A stretch of 63,912 nt of DNA, filler included, from Octopus bimaculoides (Eukaryota), in assembly GCF_001194135.2 (NCBI RefSeq). It is 7 parts of 7 records of this genome, joined end to end, with 100 filler letters (N's around TTAATTAATTAA, not from the genome) between each part and the next. Parts side by side here need not be neighbours in the genome. Positions count along the whole stretch, not along the records: positions 51,439 to 57,543 come from NC_068991.1; positions 57,644 to 60,707 come from NC_069003.1; positions 60,808 to 63,912 come from NW_026425331.1; 4 more parts are not named here. The stretch is one strand, 5' to 3'. Position numbers and translations under genes: made by a program. Shown in pieces: positions 53,319 through 63,912 of the stretch; position 1 is the first letter of the stretch; each line of letters begins with the position of its first letter. The notes under the pieces are model-generated. The model was not told the DNA's origin and did not search any database. It saw nothing but the letters and a program-made list of their open reading frames with translations.

Positions 53319-53758
53319 CAACTTGGAAGTAGGAATTGCTCGACTAAATCAACACTAGTACATGGCCGAAGAAAAATAATGAAGCCTCAAGTGTGACTAT
53401 TGTGCCGATCTTGATAATAATTGTTTCTAATATAGGTACAAAACCAGCAGTTTTGAGAGGAGGGCGTTAGTCAATATCATTGATCTCAGTACATGACTAG
53501 TACTTCATTTTATCATTCGAAAGGAAGAAAGTTGATTCAAGAAGGATTTGAACACGGAACATTAAAAAAAAAAAAAAAAAAAAAAAAAACTAGAACAAAT
53601 ACCGCATGGCATTTTCCCGATATTAACGTTTCAGCTAGCTTACCACTTTAGTAATAACTTTGTAATTTAAGCTTGCAACTTGGAAGTAGGAATTGCTCGA
53701 CTAAATCAACACTAGTACATGGCCGAAGAAAAATAATGAAGCCTCAAGTGTGACTATT
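53319..53758. repeat. Identical 83-bp direct repeat (53319-53401 and 53676-53758) around a degraded SINE A
   Basis: CAACTTGGAAGTAGG...GTGTGACTATT is base-for-base identical in both copies. Confidence 0.92.
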
Positions 53759-54907
53759 CCTTTCACATATTTTTCTGAAAGTCTGATGCGAGCGAGCTTC
53801 TCTACATAACCAATTGACATGCTAAGGATAGTCAAATCTTCCTCAAATCACACACTATTATCTTAATGTAAGAGCATAGTGGATAATGTATTCTCAGATA
53901 TATATAGGTTATGTATATGAAAAAAACAGTGACGAGGGTCGTGTCCGGAGTGCTTTTAACTACAAGTCTTCCCGATCATGCCTGACCTGCGGCTAAAACA
54001 GCATACTTTTCGAGCAATAAAAAGTAATTTTTCTTACATAAGTCGCTATGCAATATGTATGGGAATTGATTCCGGCTGAGAGTCAAAACAGGTTTGCCGA
54101 GAATTCATCGCCATATTTTATATTAGTACGTGTGTAGCTAAATTATACAAAAGTATAAAAACAATAGGCAATTCTAGAGTTGGGGGTAGGGTGTGATGTA
54201 TATTCGTGACCCTGACTCTCATACCGAACTCAACGTATAAAATAAATGATTGTAATATATATNNNNNNNNNNNNNNNNNNNNNNNNNNNNNNNNNNNNNN
54301 NNNNNNNNNNNNNNNNNNNNNNNNNNNNNNNNNNNNNNNNNNNNNNNNNNNNNNNNNNNNNNNNNNNNNNNNNNNNNNNNNNNNNNNNNNNNNNNNNNNN
54401 NNNNNNNNNNNNNNNNNNNNNNNNNNNNNNNNNNNNNNNNNNNNNNNNNNNNNNNNNNNNNNNNNNNNNNNNNNNNNNNNNNNNNNNNNNNNNNNNNNNN
54501 NNNNNNNNNNNNNNNNNNNNNNNNNNNNNNNNNNNNNNNNNNNNNNNNNNNNNNNNNNNNNNNNNNNNNNNNNNNNNNNNNNNNNNNNNNNNNNNNNNNN
54601 NNNNNNNNNNNNNNNNNNNNNNNNNNNNNNNNNNNNNNNNNNNNNNNNNNNNNNNNNNNNNNNNNNNNNNNNNNNNNNNNNNNNNNNNNNNNNNNNNNNN
54701 NNNNNNNNNNNNNNNNNNNNNNNNNNNNNNNNNNNNNNNNNNNNNNNNNNNNNNNNNNNNNNNNNNNNNNNNNNNNNNNNNNNNNNNNNNNNNNNNNNNN
54801 NNNNNNNNNNNNNNNNNNNNNNNNNNNNNNNNNNNNNNNNNNNNNNNNNNNNNNNNNNNNNNNNNNNNNNNNNNNNNNNNNNNNNNNNNNNNNNNNNNNN
54901 NNNNNNN

Positions 54908-55100
54908 TGCGGGTGACACGTAAAAGCACCCACTACACTCTCTGAGTGGTTGGCGTTAGGAAGGGCATCCAGCTGTAGAAACTCTGCCAAATCAGACTGG
55001 AGCCTGGTGTTGCCATCCGGTTTCACCAGTCCTCAGTCAAATCGTCCAACCCATGCTAGCATGGAAAGCGGACGTTAAACGATGATGATGATGATGATGA
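54908..55100 (+). mobile_element. RTE-type 3' tail ending in (GAT)n (5' part in gap)
   Basis: GGTTGGCGTTAGGAAGGGCATCCAGCTGTAGAAAC...CCATGCTAGCATGGAAAGCGGACGTTAAAC(GAT)n is the reverse complement of 61130-61310. Confidence 0.88.
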
Positions 55101-55837
55101 TATATATATGTGTGTGTGTGTGAGTCAGAGCACTAGAAATATATGGATGCACAAAACGGAGAAAATGAAACAAATATGGACGACTTGTTCGAAACAGCCT
55201 CGATTGGGGAACGCTCTTGAAAAGTAACCCCCAATTGTTTTCCGCCAAAGTTCCTATGATCTCGAAATCTACACAGTCCGAGGTATATTCGTAGAAAATT
55301 TCATTAAAAAATCTCTATTCTCTTTAAAATTAAGACGAATTAAAGTGGACGCCGGTGAATTTTCCGAAATTTCACACTGCACCACCTCCTAAAAAATTTT
55401 CCCTCAAAAGTTTTCTATATTCGTAATCTACATGATATAACACATACTCATTGAAAATTTCTTTAAAATAATCCATTTTTCTGAAAGTTATGATCAACCA
55501 AAGTCGGGGGTGGGGCAGGAATCTGTAGTTATGCCTATATGTGTGTATATATATCTGTATATATATATGTGCATATATCACTATATGTATATATATATGT
55601 GCATATATCACTATATGTATATATATATGTGCATATATCACTATATGTATATATATGTACGTATATATGTACATATATGTATGTATGTTTATATGTATAT
55701 ATATCTATGTATGTTTATATGTATATATATGTATGTATGTTTATATGTATATATATGTATGTATGTTTATGTATATGTATGTATGTGTGTGTATATATGT
55801 ATATATATGTATATGTATATATATGTGTATGTGTGTG

Positions 55838-55882
<45 letters not shown>

Positions 55883-56719
55883 GTGNNNNNNNNNNNNNNN
55901 NNNNNNNNNNNNNNNNNNNNNNNNNNNNNNNNNNNNNNNNNNNNNNNNNNNNNNNNNNNNNNNNNNNNNNNNNNNNNNNNNNNNNNNNNNNNNNNNNNNN
56001 NNNNNNNNNNNNNNNNNNNNNNNNNNNNNNNNNNNNNNNNNNNNNNNNNNNNNNNNNNNNNNNNNNNNNNNNNNNNNNNNNNNNNNNNNNNNNNNNNNNN
56101 NNNNNNNNNNNNNNNNNNNNNNNNNNNNNNNNNNNNNNNNNNNNNNNNNNNNNNNNNNNNNNNNNNNNNNNNNNNNNNNNNNNNNNNNNNNNNNNNNNNN
56201 NNNNNNNNNNNNNNNNNNNNNNNNNNNNNNNNNNNNNNNNNNNNNNNNNNNNNNNNNNNNNNNNNNNNNNNNNNNNNNNNNNNNNNNNNNNNNNNNNNNN
56301 NNNNNNNNNNNNNNNNNNNNNNNNNNNNNNNNNNNNNNNNNNNNNNNNNNNNNNNNNNNNNNNNNNNNNNNNNNNNNNNNNNNNNNATATATGAAATACA
56401 AAATGGAACAAGAATGCAAAACATCCAGACAGGTGATACAAAAAAGGGACAACAAAACATCCAGATAGACGATACAAAGAAAACGACGGGTCCTTCGGAG
56501 TTTTCTTTTCTGAGTCGAGTTCTAGATTATCTTTGCAATTTTGGCTGGTTATACTCGAGATTGCTCCAATCTGGCCAGCCCAAAGGAAAAGCTAAGCTAA
56601 GAGCATTAGATTCCTTGGATGAAAGCAGCAAATGTATACGAAAACAAGAACAGAAAAAGATGGAGAATGTTACACAAATATAAATAACAGTACATGACAA
56701 CAGGTGTCTTTTGACTAAG

Positions 56720-57490
56720 GACAAATGAAATTAGCTGACGTGTGTGGAATTAAAGCCTTACAGCGGGGATACAAGATTTTACAGGCAAAGGGAGGAATAT
56801 CAACTTTGCATGCTCAACGGCTAGCCAAGAAAGAAAGATCAGGCTTGGCCAAACACCTGTCACGTGGGGAGAGAAGAGGAAGAGGTAGAGGCGGAGGGAC
56901 AGAAGAAATAAGCAGGGGAGAGAAAAGACAACAGGGACACAGTGAAGTGGAAAGAGGAGGGAAAGTGAACATGAAGAGAAGAAACGGAAATGTGCGAGGG
57001 ACACACACGAAAGAATGAAGAGTGGAATGAACAAAGTAAGCATGAAAAGGCTGACAGAAGGGAGGAAAGAATGAAAGAACAATCGAAGGAATAGAGTCGT
57101 ACAAGGTTTAGATAAATATATGCTTACGTATAAGAGACCAAAGTGTACGTGAACCACTGTATGTTTTATATATAAAAAATACAAAAAGGAACAATGATAC
57201 ACAAATACAGTAGGAATAACAACGGATGTCTTTCGACTGGACGAATGCAATTAAGCTGGCGTATATGGAAATAAGGCCTTACAGCCGGGATACAAGGTTT
57301 CATAGGCACAGGGAGAAATAACAATGTTGCATGCACAACGGCCGCCCTAGAAAAGAAAGGTCAGGCTTGGCTGGACACCTGTCACATGGGAAGAGAAGAG
57401 AGAGAGAGGTAGAGACAGAGAGACAAAAGAATTAGGGAGGGGCGAGAAAAAAATGAAAGGGATACAGTGAAGTGAAAAGTGGAGGGAGAA
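56720..57490. repeat. Diverged direct duplication (~56725-56975 vs ~57248-57490)
   Basis: Shared GCCTTACAGC.GGGATACAAG..TT...AGGCA.AGGGAG...TTGCATGC.CAACGG...AGAAAG.TCAGGCTTGGC...CACCTGTCAC.TGGG. Confidence 0.8.
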
Positions 57491-57644
57491 GAGAATGTCT
57501 TTTTATATATATATATATATATATATGTCTTTATATATATATANNNNNNNNNNNNNNNNNNNNNNNNNNNNNNNNNNNNNNNNNNNNTTAATTAATTAAN
57601 NNNNNNNNNNNNNNNNNNNNNNNNNNNNNNNNNNNNNNNNNNNT

Positions 57645-57683
<39 letters not shown>

Positions 57684-57750
57684 CACTCACATACATATAT
57701 GTAACAAAAAGAGTGAGTGAGATGTAGTGTTACTATGAAATTGTACAATA

Positions 57751-57781
<31 letters not shown>

Positions 57782-57989
57782 GTGTATATATATGTACGCA
57801 TATATTTACACATAATTGAAAGAGAACCTCATGCACTTAAGTACGTCGCCACATATAGACAACTTACACACGATTGAGAGTCACAACAATATTTCCTTAG
57901 AATCTAATCACATGGTACTACACACCGTACACTACAAAAATTCGTACGATAATGGAGTACTACAAGTAGCAGCAAAAATAATAACAACG

Positions 57990-58068
<79 letters not shown>

Positions 58069-58207
58069 CAAAAACAACAACAACAATAACAATATCAAAA
58101 ATAGTAGTTGTAGTAATAATACTGGATAAGTATGATTGTCAATTGTTCGTTGACGTAAAAGATATTGTTACAGAGGACGTATTATTTTACACGCAGATGC
58201 GTGTGTG

Positions 58208-58250
<43 letters not shown>

Positions 58251-58440
58251 ATATTTGTATGTGCGTATATATGTATACATCATAGACATATACACACGTC
58301 GTATACATCGTCTATTGTTTTCCTTGTTGCTTGATGATGGGAAAGGTGGTCAGCCTGTTGCCAGTGAAGGTCACTCTGGAGTGGATCAGTTAGTACTGAT
58401 CCAGGAATAGAGGTTAAATGGCTATTGTTTGGGAAATACT

Positions 58441-58475
<35 letters not shown>

Positions 58476-58577
58476 AGGAATCTGTATTCAAAATACTTGC
58501 CTATCACTGTATGTGTATTTGTATCTATACACACATACATACCCCAAGGTGTGCATGTATGTATGTATGTATGTATG

Positions 58578-58625
<48 letters not shown>

Positions 58626-58650
58626 TAGACAGAGAGAAAGAGAGAGAAGG

Positions 58651-58684
<34 letters not shown>

Positions 58685-58739
58685 ACGTTTTCTTTTCAAA
58701 CAAGAGAAATAAAAACAGTAAGCAGGTAGAATCGATGAA

Positions 58740-59070
58740 GCTTTGGGATATATTCGTTCCGATTCTACTTCCGTCTCATTGGGTACTCAGTTCGAACCAC
58801 AACGGGTTCAACTTTGCTTTTCAATAAAATTAAGTACTGGACTAACCCCTTACCCCTAAAATTGCTGGCTTTGTGCCTTAATTAGAAACCATAATTTTTA
58901 TTATCATCTTCTTTCCGTCCGTCTTTTTGTTCTGAGTTCAAATTTCGCCGAGGTGGAGTTTGCTTTTCATCCTTTCGGGGTCGATGAAATAAATACCAGC
59001 TAAATACTGGGGCATTGTAATCGACCCCTTCCGTTGGCCTTGTGAGAAAATTTGAAATCATTATCATCTT
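58740..59070 (+). mobile_element. Two SINE family A fragments
   Basis: GTTCTGAGTTCAAATTTCGCCGAGG...CATCCTTTCGGGGTCGAT...GAAAATTTGAAATCATTAT. Confidence 0.75.
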
Positions 59071-59347
59071 GACCGAAAATTGACCTTATTCTTAGTAGAA
59101 TTTATGTGGGTAGCAGGGTTACTCCCGGTTACCATAGTTACTATCCACGGGATCTCAGTATACTAGCAAATGCTAAAAATCTTTCTGATGAACTTTTTCG
59201 TTCCTGAGTAGAAAACCTTCTGTAGAAGATCTACAGGACATTCAATTCCAATCTCCTTTGTTCATTTCTCGATTCCATCACAGTCCCTAATGCACCAATT
59301 CTCTCAGTTTCAATCTCTACAGATTTCTTCTTCTTCTTCTTCTTCTT

Positions 59348-59466
<119 letters not shown>

Positions 59467-59490
59467 TAATAATAATAATAATAACAACTA

Positions 59491-59937
59491 GGCAGTAGCT
59501 CTCATGGCTTCTGATCTTAACTGGTTGCATCACAATCATATGTGCCCGACATGGTGATCTCATATCAAAACAAACAGCACATGACATTGCAGGTGGGGCC
59601 CGAAATAAATAAGGTTTGTTTAAGGATGTTGAACAAAACACCCACGTTTCCAGAGGTGAATTATTCAAACTTCAAAGAATCCCTTTCAGCACATGGCTAT
59701 GATGATGCTTCCCCACTACTTCTACTCATGATCAGAGATGCACATATTGTCAACCACCAAGGAACAAGCTCAACTAGTTAAGGTCAAACAACTGACAAGC
59801 AAACCTGTGGTATTGAGCAGAATATTTGCTGTAGCCCATCTTTTATTCCAAGAGAAAACAATGTACATGATAACACTTCCAATCAATTAAGATCAGAAGC
59901 CATGAGAGCCACAGCCTGATACTGCATCCGGGCATTT
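59491..59937. mobile_element. Non-autonomous element with 37-bp inverted repeats, bracketed by (AAT)n and (ATT)n
   Basis: 59491-59527 vs 59880-59916 match at 33/37 as inverted repeats. (AAT)n lies to the left and (ATT)n to the right. No coding homology recognised. Confidence 0.7.
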
Positions 59938-59950
59938 ATTATTATTATTA

Positions 59951-60015
<65 letters not shown>

Positions 60016-60185
60016 TGAAAAGCTATAGTGAACTTATGGGCCTAAAGTTTCGTGCAAGGAATGCACTTATCAAACCCTTCAGTGCATTCGCGCAATGCTT
60101 GAAAAATTTTTAAACTTCTTAAGCTTCTAACCTAATACACATAACATACATACATCCGTATATATACGCATATGTTTGTGTGTGC

Positions 60186-60239
<54 letters not shown>

Positions 60240-61127
60240 ACATGTGTGCGTGTGTGCGTGTATGTATATGAATGACACAATTGTATGATGTGTGCGTAAA
60301 TACACACACACACACACATATATATATGTGCCACACATGAGTACGTGTGTGACACACTTTCCAAGAACCAGTTGTATGTAAATAAACCAACATTGAAGCA
60401 GTTAACCAGCTGTGATTCTGTGCACAGTGAACTTTCCCTCATAAGCAGTCTCTTGATTAATTGACATGGTATTAATTATACCGCGTATATATGTATATTA
60501 ATGTACACCTACATGAATGTGTGTGTGCGTGTGGGGGTGGGCGGGTGTGAGGTGTTTGTGTCTTTACGGTGTAAACCCGAAAGGAAATATGTAATTTGAC
60601 ACGCATAATATACAAGACATGTATACATACATGTATGTAATACACACATAGACGCGCAAACGCATATATATCTATGTGTGCCTGTATGTATATATATATA
60701 TATATATNNNNNNNNNNNNNNNNNNNNNNNNNNNNNNNNNNNNNNNNNNNNTTAATTAATTAANNNNNNNNNNNNNNNNNNNNNNNNNNNNNNNNNNNNN
60801 NNNNNNNATGATGTTTACCGCTTTTTTGCTTTTTGTCCGTTTGACTTTCACATACTAACACCATTATGTTTCTCGCCATCACATTTATCATGAATACTAC
60901 AAATAAGTGGAATGTTTTGAGTAATAAAAGATGTTGGGTCGCAGTCATCATGATTCTAAAAGTTCAATTCGTATGAGTCAAATTACTCCAATTTTATTTA
61001 CATTAGGAAAACAACATCCACCAGGCATTTATGCTTATGCATATTTATATATGTTGATGAATAAAACGCTCATCAACCACTTTTCTTTCCCAGAAATCAT
61101 TTTTCCAATATATGTATGTATCTATAT

Positions 61128-63045
61128 ATCATCATCATCATCATCATCGTTTAACGTCTGCTTTCCATGCTAGCATGGGTTGGACGATTTGACTGAGGAC
61201 TGGTGAACCAGATGGCTACACCACGTTCCAATCTGATTTGGCCGAGTTTCTACAGCTGGATGCCCTTCCTAACGCCAACCACTCCGAGAGTATAGTGGGT
61301 GCTTTTATGTGGCAACGGCCACACTCAAAATGGTGTATTTTATGTGCCACATGCACAGGAGCCAGTTCGATCAAATGTCTTTACTCTTGCCACCGGCACA
61401 AGTGCCAGGAAGACGACGCTGGGCACAGCTGCGGTCACAATTTCACTTTCGCTTGCCCCAACAGTTCTTCACAAGCAGAGTTTAGTGTCCAATAAAGGAG
61501 ACGACGTTGGCATGGGTGCCAGTCGTCGAATTTAGTTTGATTTCGATTTCACTTGCCTCAAAAGGTCTTCGTAAGCGGAGTTTAGTGTCCAATGAAAGAA
61601 GGTATGCATTAGTGGGCTGGCTACACCCCTGGCAGAGGCCTTGGATTTAGGTATCACTTGGCTTGCCGGGTCCTCTCACGCACAGCATATTTCCAAAGGT
61701 CTCGGTCAGAAGTTATCGCCTCGGTGAAGCCCAACGTTCGAAGGTCATGCCTCACCACCTCTTCCTAGGTCTTCCTGGGCCTACCTCTTCCACAGGTTCC
61801 CTCAACTGCTAGGGTGTGGTACTTTTGCACACAGCTATCCTCATCCATTCTCGCCACATGACCATACCAGTGCAATCGTCTCTCTTGCACACCACAACTG
61901 ATGCTTCTTAGGTTCAACTTTTCTCTCAAGGTACTTACACTCTGTCTAGTATGTGCACTGACATTACACATCCATCGGAGCATACTGGCTTCATTCCTTG
62001 TTCGCCTACGCATGTCCTCAACAGTCACGGCCCATGTTTCACTGCCATGTAGCATTGACTCTAAGGCCCTTCGATTCTTGTCCTTGCTTCCACACCTTAA
62101 ACTTCTCCTTTAGTTCTGATAGTGACTCAGCAATTAGTGCACGGTCATCAGCATAGAGGAGCTCCCAGGGGCATCCTGTCTTGAATTCCTCTGTTATCAC
62201 CTGGAGGACTATGATAAATTGGAGGGGGCTGAGGACTGAACCTTGGTGGACTCCTACCTCTACCTGGAATTCTTCACTGTACTTGTTGCCAACCCTCACC
62301 TTACTGACAGCATCTCTGTACATGGCTTGCACAGCTCTCACTAATCATCCTTCTATCCCTAGATTCCTCATTGACCACCAGATAAGGGATCGGGGGACCC
62401 ATGTCAACAAAAGCCAGGTACAGAGGTTTATCTTTGGCTAGGTATTTCTCCTGCAGCTGTCTTACCAGAAATATAGCATCAGTGATGCTTTTACCTGGCA
62501 CAAACCCAAACTGCATCTCATCTAAACTGACTCTCTCCCTAATTAGTTGGGCTATGACCCTCTCCATGACTTTCATTACCTGATCTAACAACTTGATACC
62601 TCGTAATTATTTGTATCTAAAGCATCACCTTTACCTTTGTAGCAGTTGACTGTGGCGCTGCTACACCAGTCATTGCAGTGATTCCTGATGGGCCGGGTGC
62701 TTTTCCTGTTTTCATACTCTTAATTGCTTTATCTACCATGGTACTGTCAACTCAGATAGATGGTGCCTCTGTTGGGTCAACATTCAGTAGACTCTCTTTC
62801 TCCCATTCATTCTGTTTATTGAGCAACCTTTCGTAGTGGCGTCTCCAAACCTCTCTCTTTGCAGCCTTGTTCAGTGGAAGCATACTGGCATCCATGCGAT
62901 CACATTTCTCTCCCACGACATCACGATTCTCTCTCACACACTGTCTTGCAGCACGAAATATCTCAAGTATCTGGTCCTCACGGCACAGAACATTGGCAAA
63001 TTTTTTCTTATCTGCTTCTCCTCTAGCTAAATAAACCTGTCGCCT
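61128..63045 (-). mobile_element. RTE-clade LINE, 5'-truncated and degenerate ORF2 with 3' UTR and (GAT)n tail
   Basis: VWRRHYERLLN, QFGFVPGKSITDAIFLVRQLQEKY...LAFVDM, GVHQGSVLSPLQF, ELLYADD, MLHGSETWAV...MLRWMCNV...W(Y)GHVARM...RGRPRKT. Frameshifts, plus an internal deletion near 62060. Confidence 0.95.
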
Positions 63046-63047
63046 CC

Positions 63048-63081
<34 letters not shown>

Positions 63082-63674
63082 ATCCATATATATANNNNNN
63101 NNNNNNNNNGCAGACGGTGTATCCCGTTGAATTCATTAACTTAATTCATAGCTAAAGTGACAAAAAAAAAAAATCACAAAGTACAGGTGTTTATGACAAA
63201 CCATGTTATTTTGACAACCGGGTTTACAGATAAAAGTACAAAGTACATAAGGAATTTGAGAATGAACAAAAATTTAATCTTACAGCTGTTTCAGCCTAGC
63301 TTTGGCATGCCCCATTCTATCCGAATAGTTCCTGCCGGATTAATTATCAGATGAAATGCTGAAATGGGGGTACATGCACAATTCGCTAGGCCTCTTCAGT
63401 GATTCACAAAAAATTCCATACAAATATAGAGCAAGAGATAAAAACAAAAGTGAAATAGAAACAAGAACAAAAACAAAAATAAAAATAAAAATAAGAATAA
63501 GGGTACAGCAAGAATAAAATAAAAATAATAATAATAAAATCAAAGTTGAATTGTGAGTGTTTATTGAGCGTAAACACCTAAAGCTCCACGAGGCTCCGGC
63601 AGGGGGTGGGGGGTGGCGAACCCTGCTGTACTCTTTCACCACAACTTCCTCTCACTCTTTCTTCCTGTTTCTGT

Positions 63675-63863
63675 TGTACCTGTATTTCAAAGGGCCAGCC
63701 TTGTCACACTGTGTCACGCTGAATATCCCTGAGAACTACGTTAAGGGTACACGTGTCTGTGGAGAGCTCAGCCACTTACACGTTAATTTCACGAGCAGGC
63801 TGTCCCGTTGATCGGATCAACTGGAACCCCCGACGTCGTAAGCGACGGCGTGCCAACAACAAC
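63675..63863 (+). mobile_element. SINE family C body/3' end with (CAA)n tail
   Basis: TACCTGTATTTCAAAGGGCCAGCC...TTAATTTCACGAGCAGGCTG...GACGGCGTGCCAACAACAAC. Further copies at 42218 (minus) and ~31735-31850 (minus). Confidence 0.85.
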
Positions 63864-63912
63864 ATATATCTATATATATAAAAATGAGAATGTGTGTGTG
63901 TGTGTCTGTCTG

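Noticed and set aside
58386-58407. Perfect 9-bp hairpin TGGATCAGT-TAGT-ACTGATCCA
   Set aside because: A single short stem is expected by chance in 64 kb, and there is no supporting context.

Overview
AT-rich, gap-riddled eukaryotic (non-prokaryotic) genomic DNA made almost entirely of microsatellites and transposable-element relics. I infer a cephalopod, probably octopus, from the repeat landscape; this is not proven. No host protein-coding gene, structural RNA gene, CRISPR array or operon can be supported, and most ORFs in the supplied track are microsatellite or N-gap artefacts. Supported content: (1) three tRNA-headed SINE families, called A, B and C here, in many copies; (2) retroelement relics from R4/Dong-type (restriction-like endonuclease), L1/Tx1-type, RTE, CR1/L2-type and Penelope-like groups; (3) DNA transposon relics: two near-full-length mariners, several mariner derivatives, a Tigger/pogo element, a Chapaev3-like transposase, a TTAA-flanked piggyBac-like MITE and a Merlin-like MITE. 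Six scaffold gaps carry an artificial TTAATTAATTAA six-frame-stop linker. I did not find a convincing new biological system. The best leads are R4/Dong-type retroelements sitting in (ACAT)n as well as (AAT)n tracts, a fold-back mariner built from two 5' ends, a young Merlin-like MITE carrying telomere-like repeats inside a nested inverted repeat, an element bracketed by inverted (AAT)n/(ATT)n tracts, and a ~10 kb CpG-decayed domain. All translations and alignments were done by eye, so boundaries are approximate unless TIRs or TSDs are quoted.
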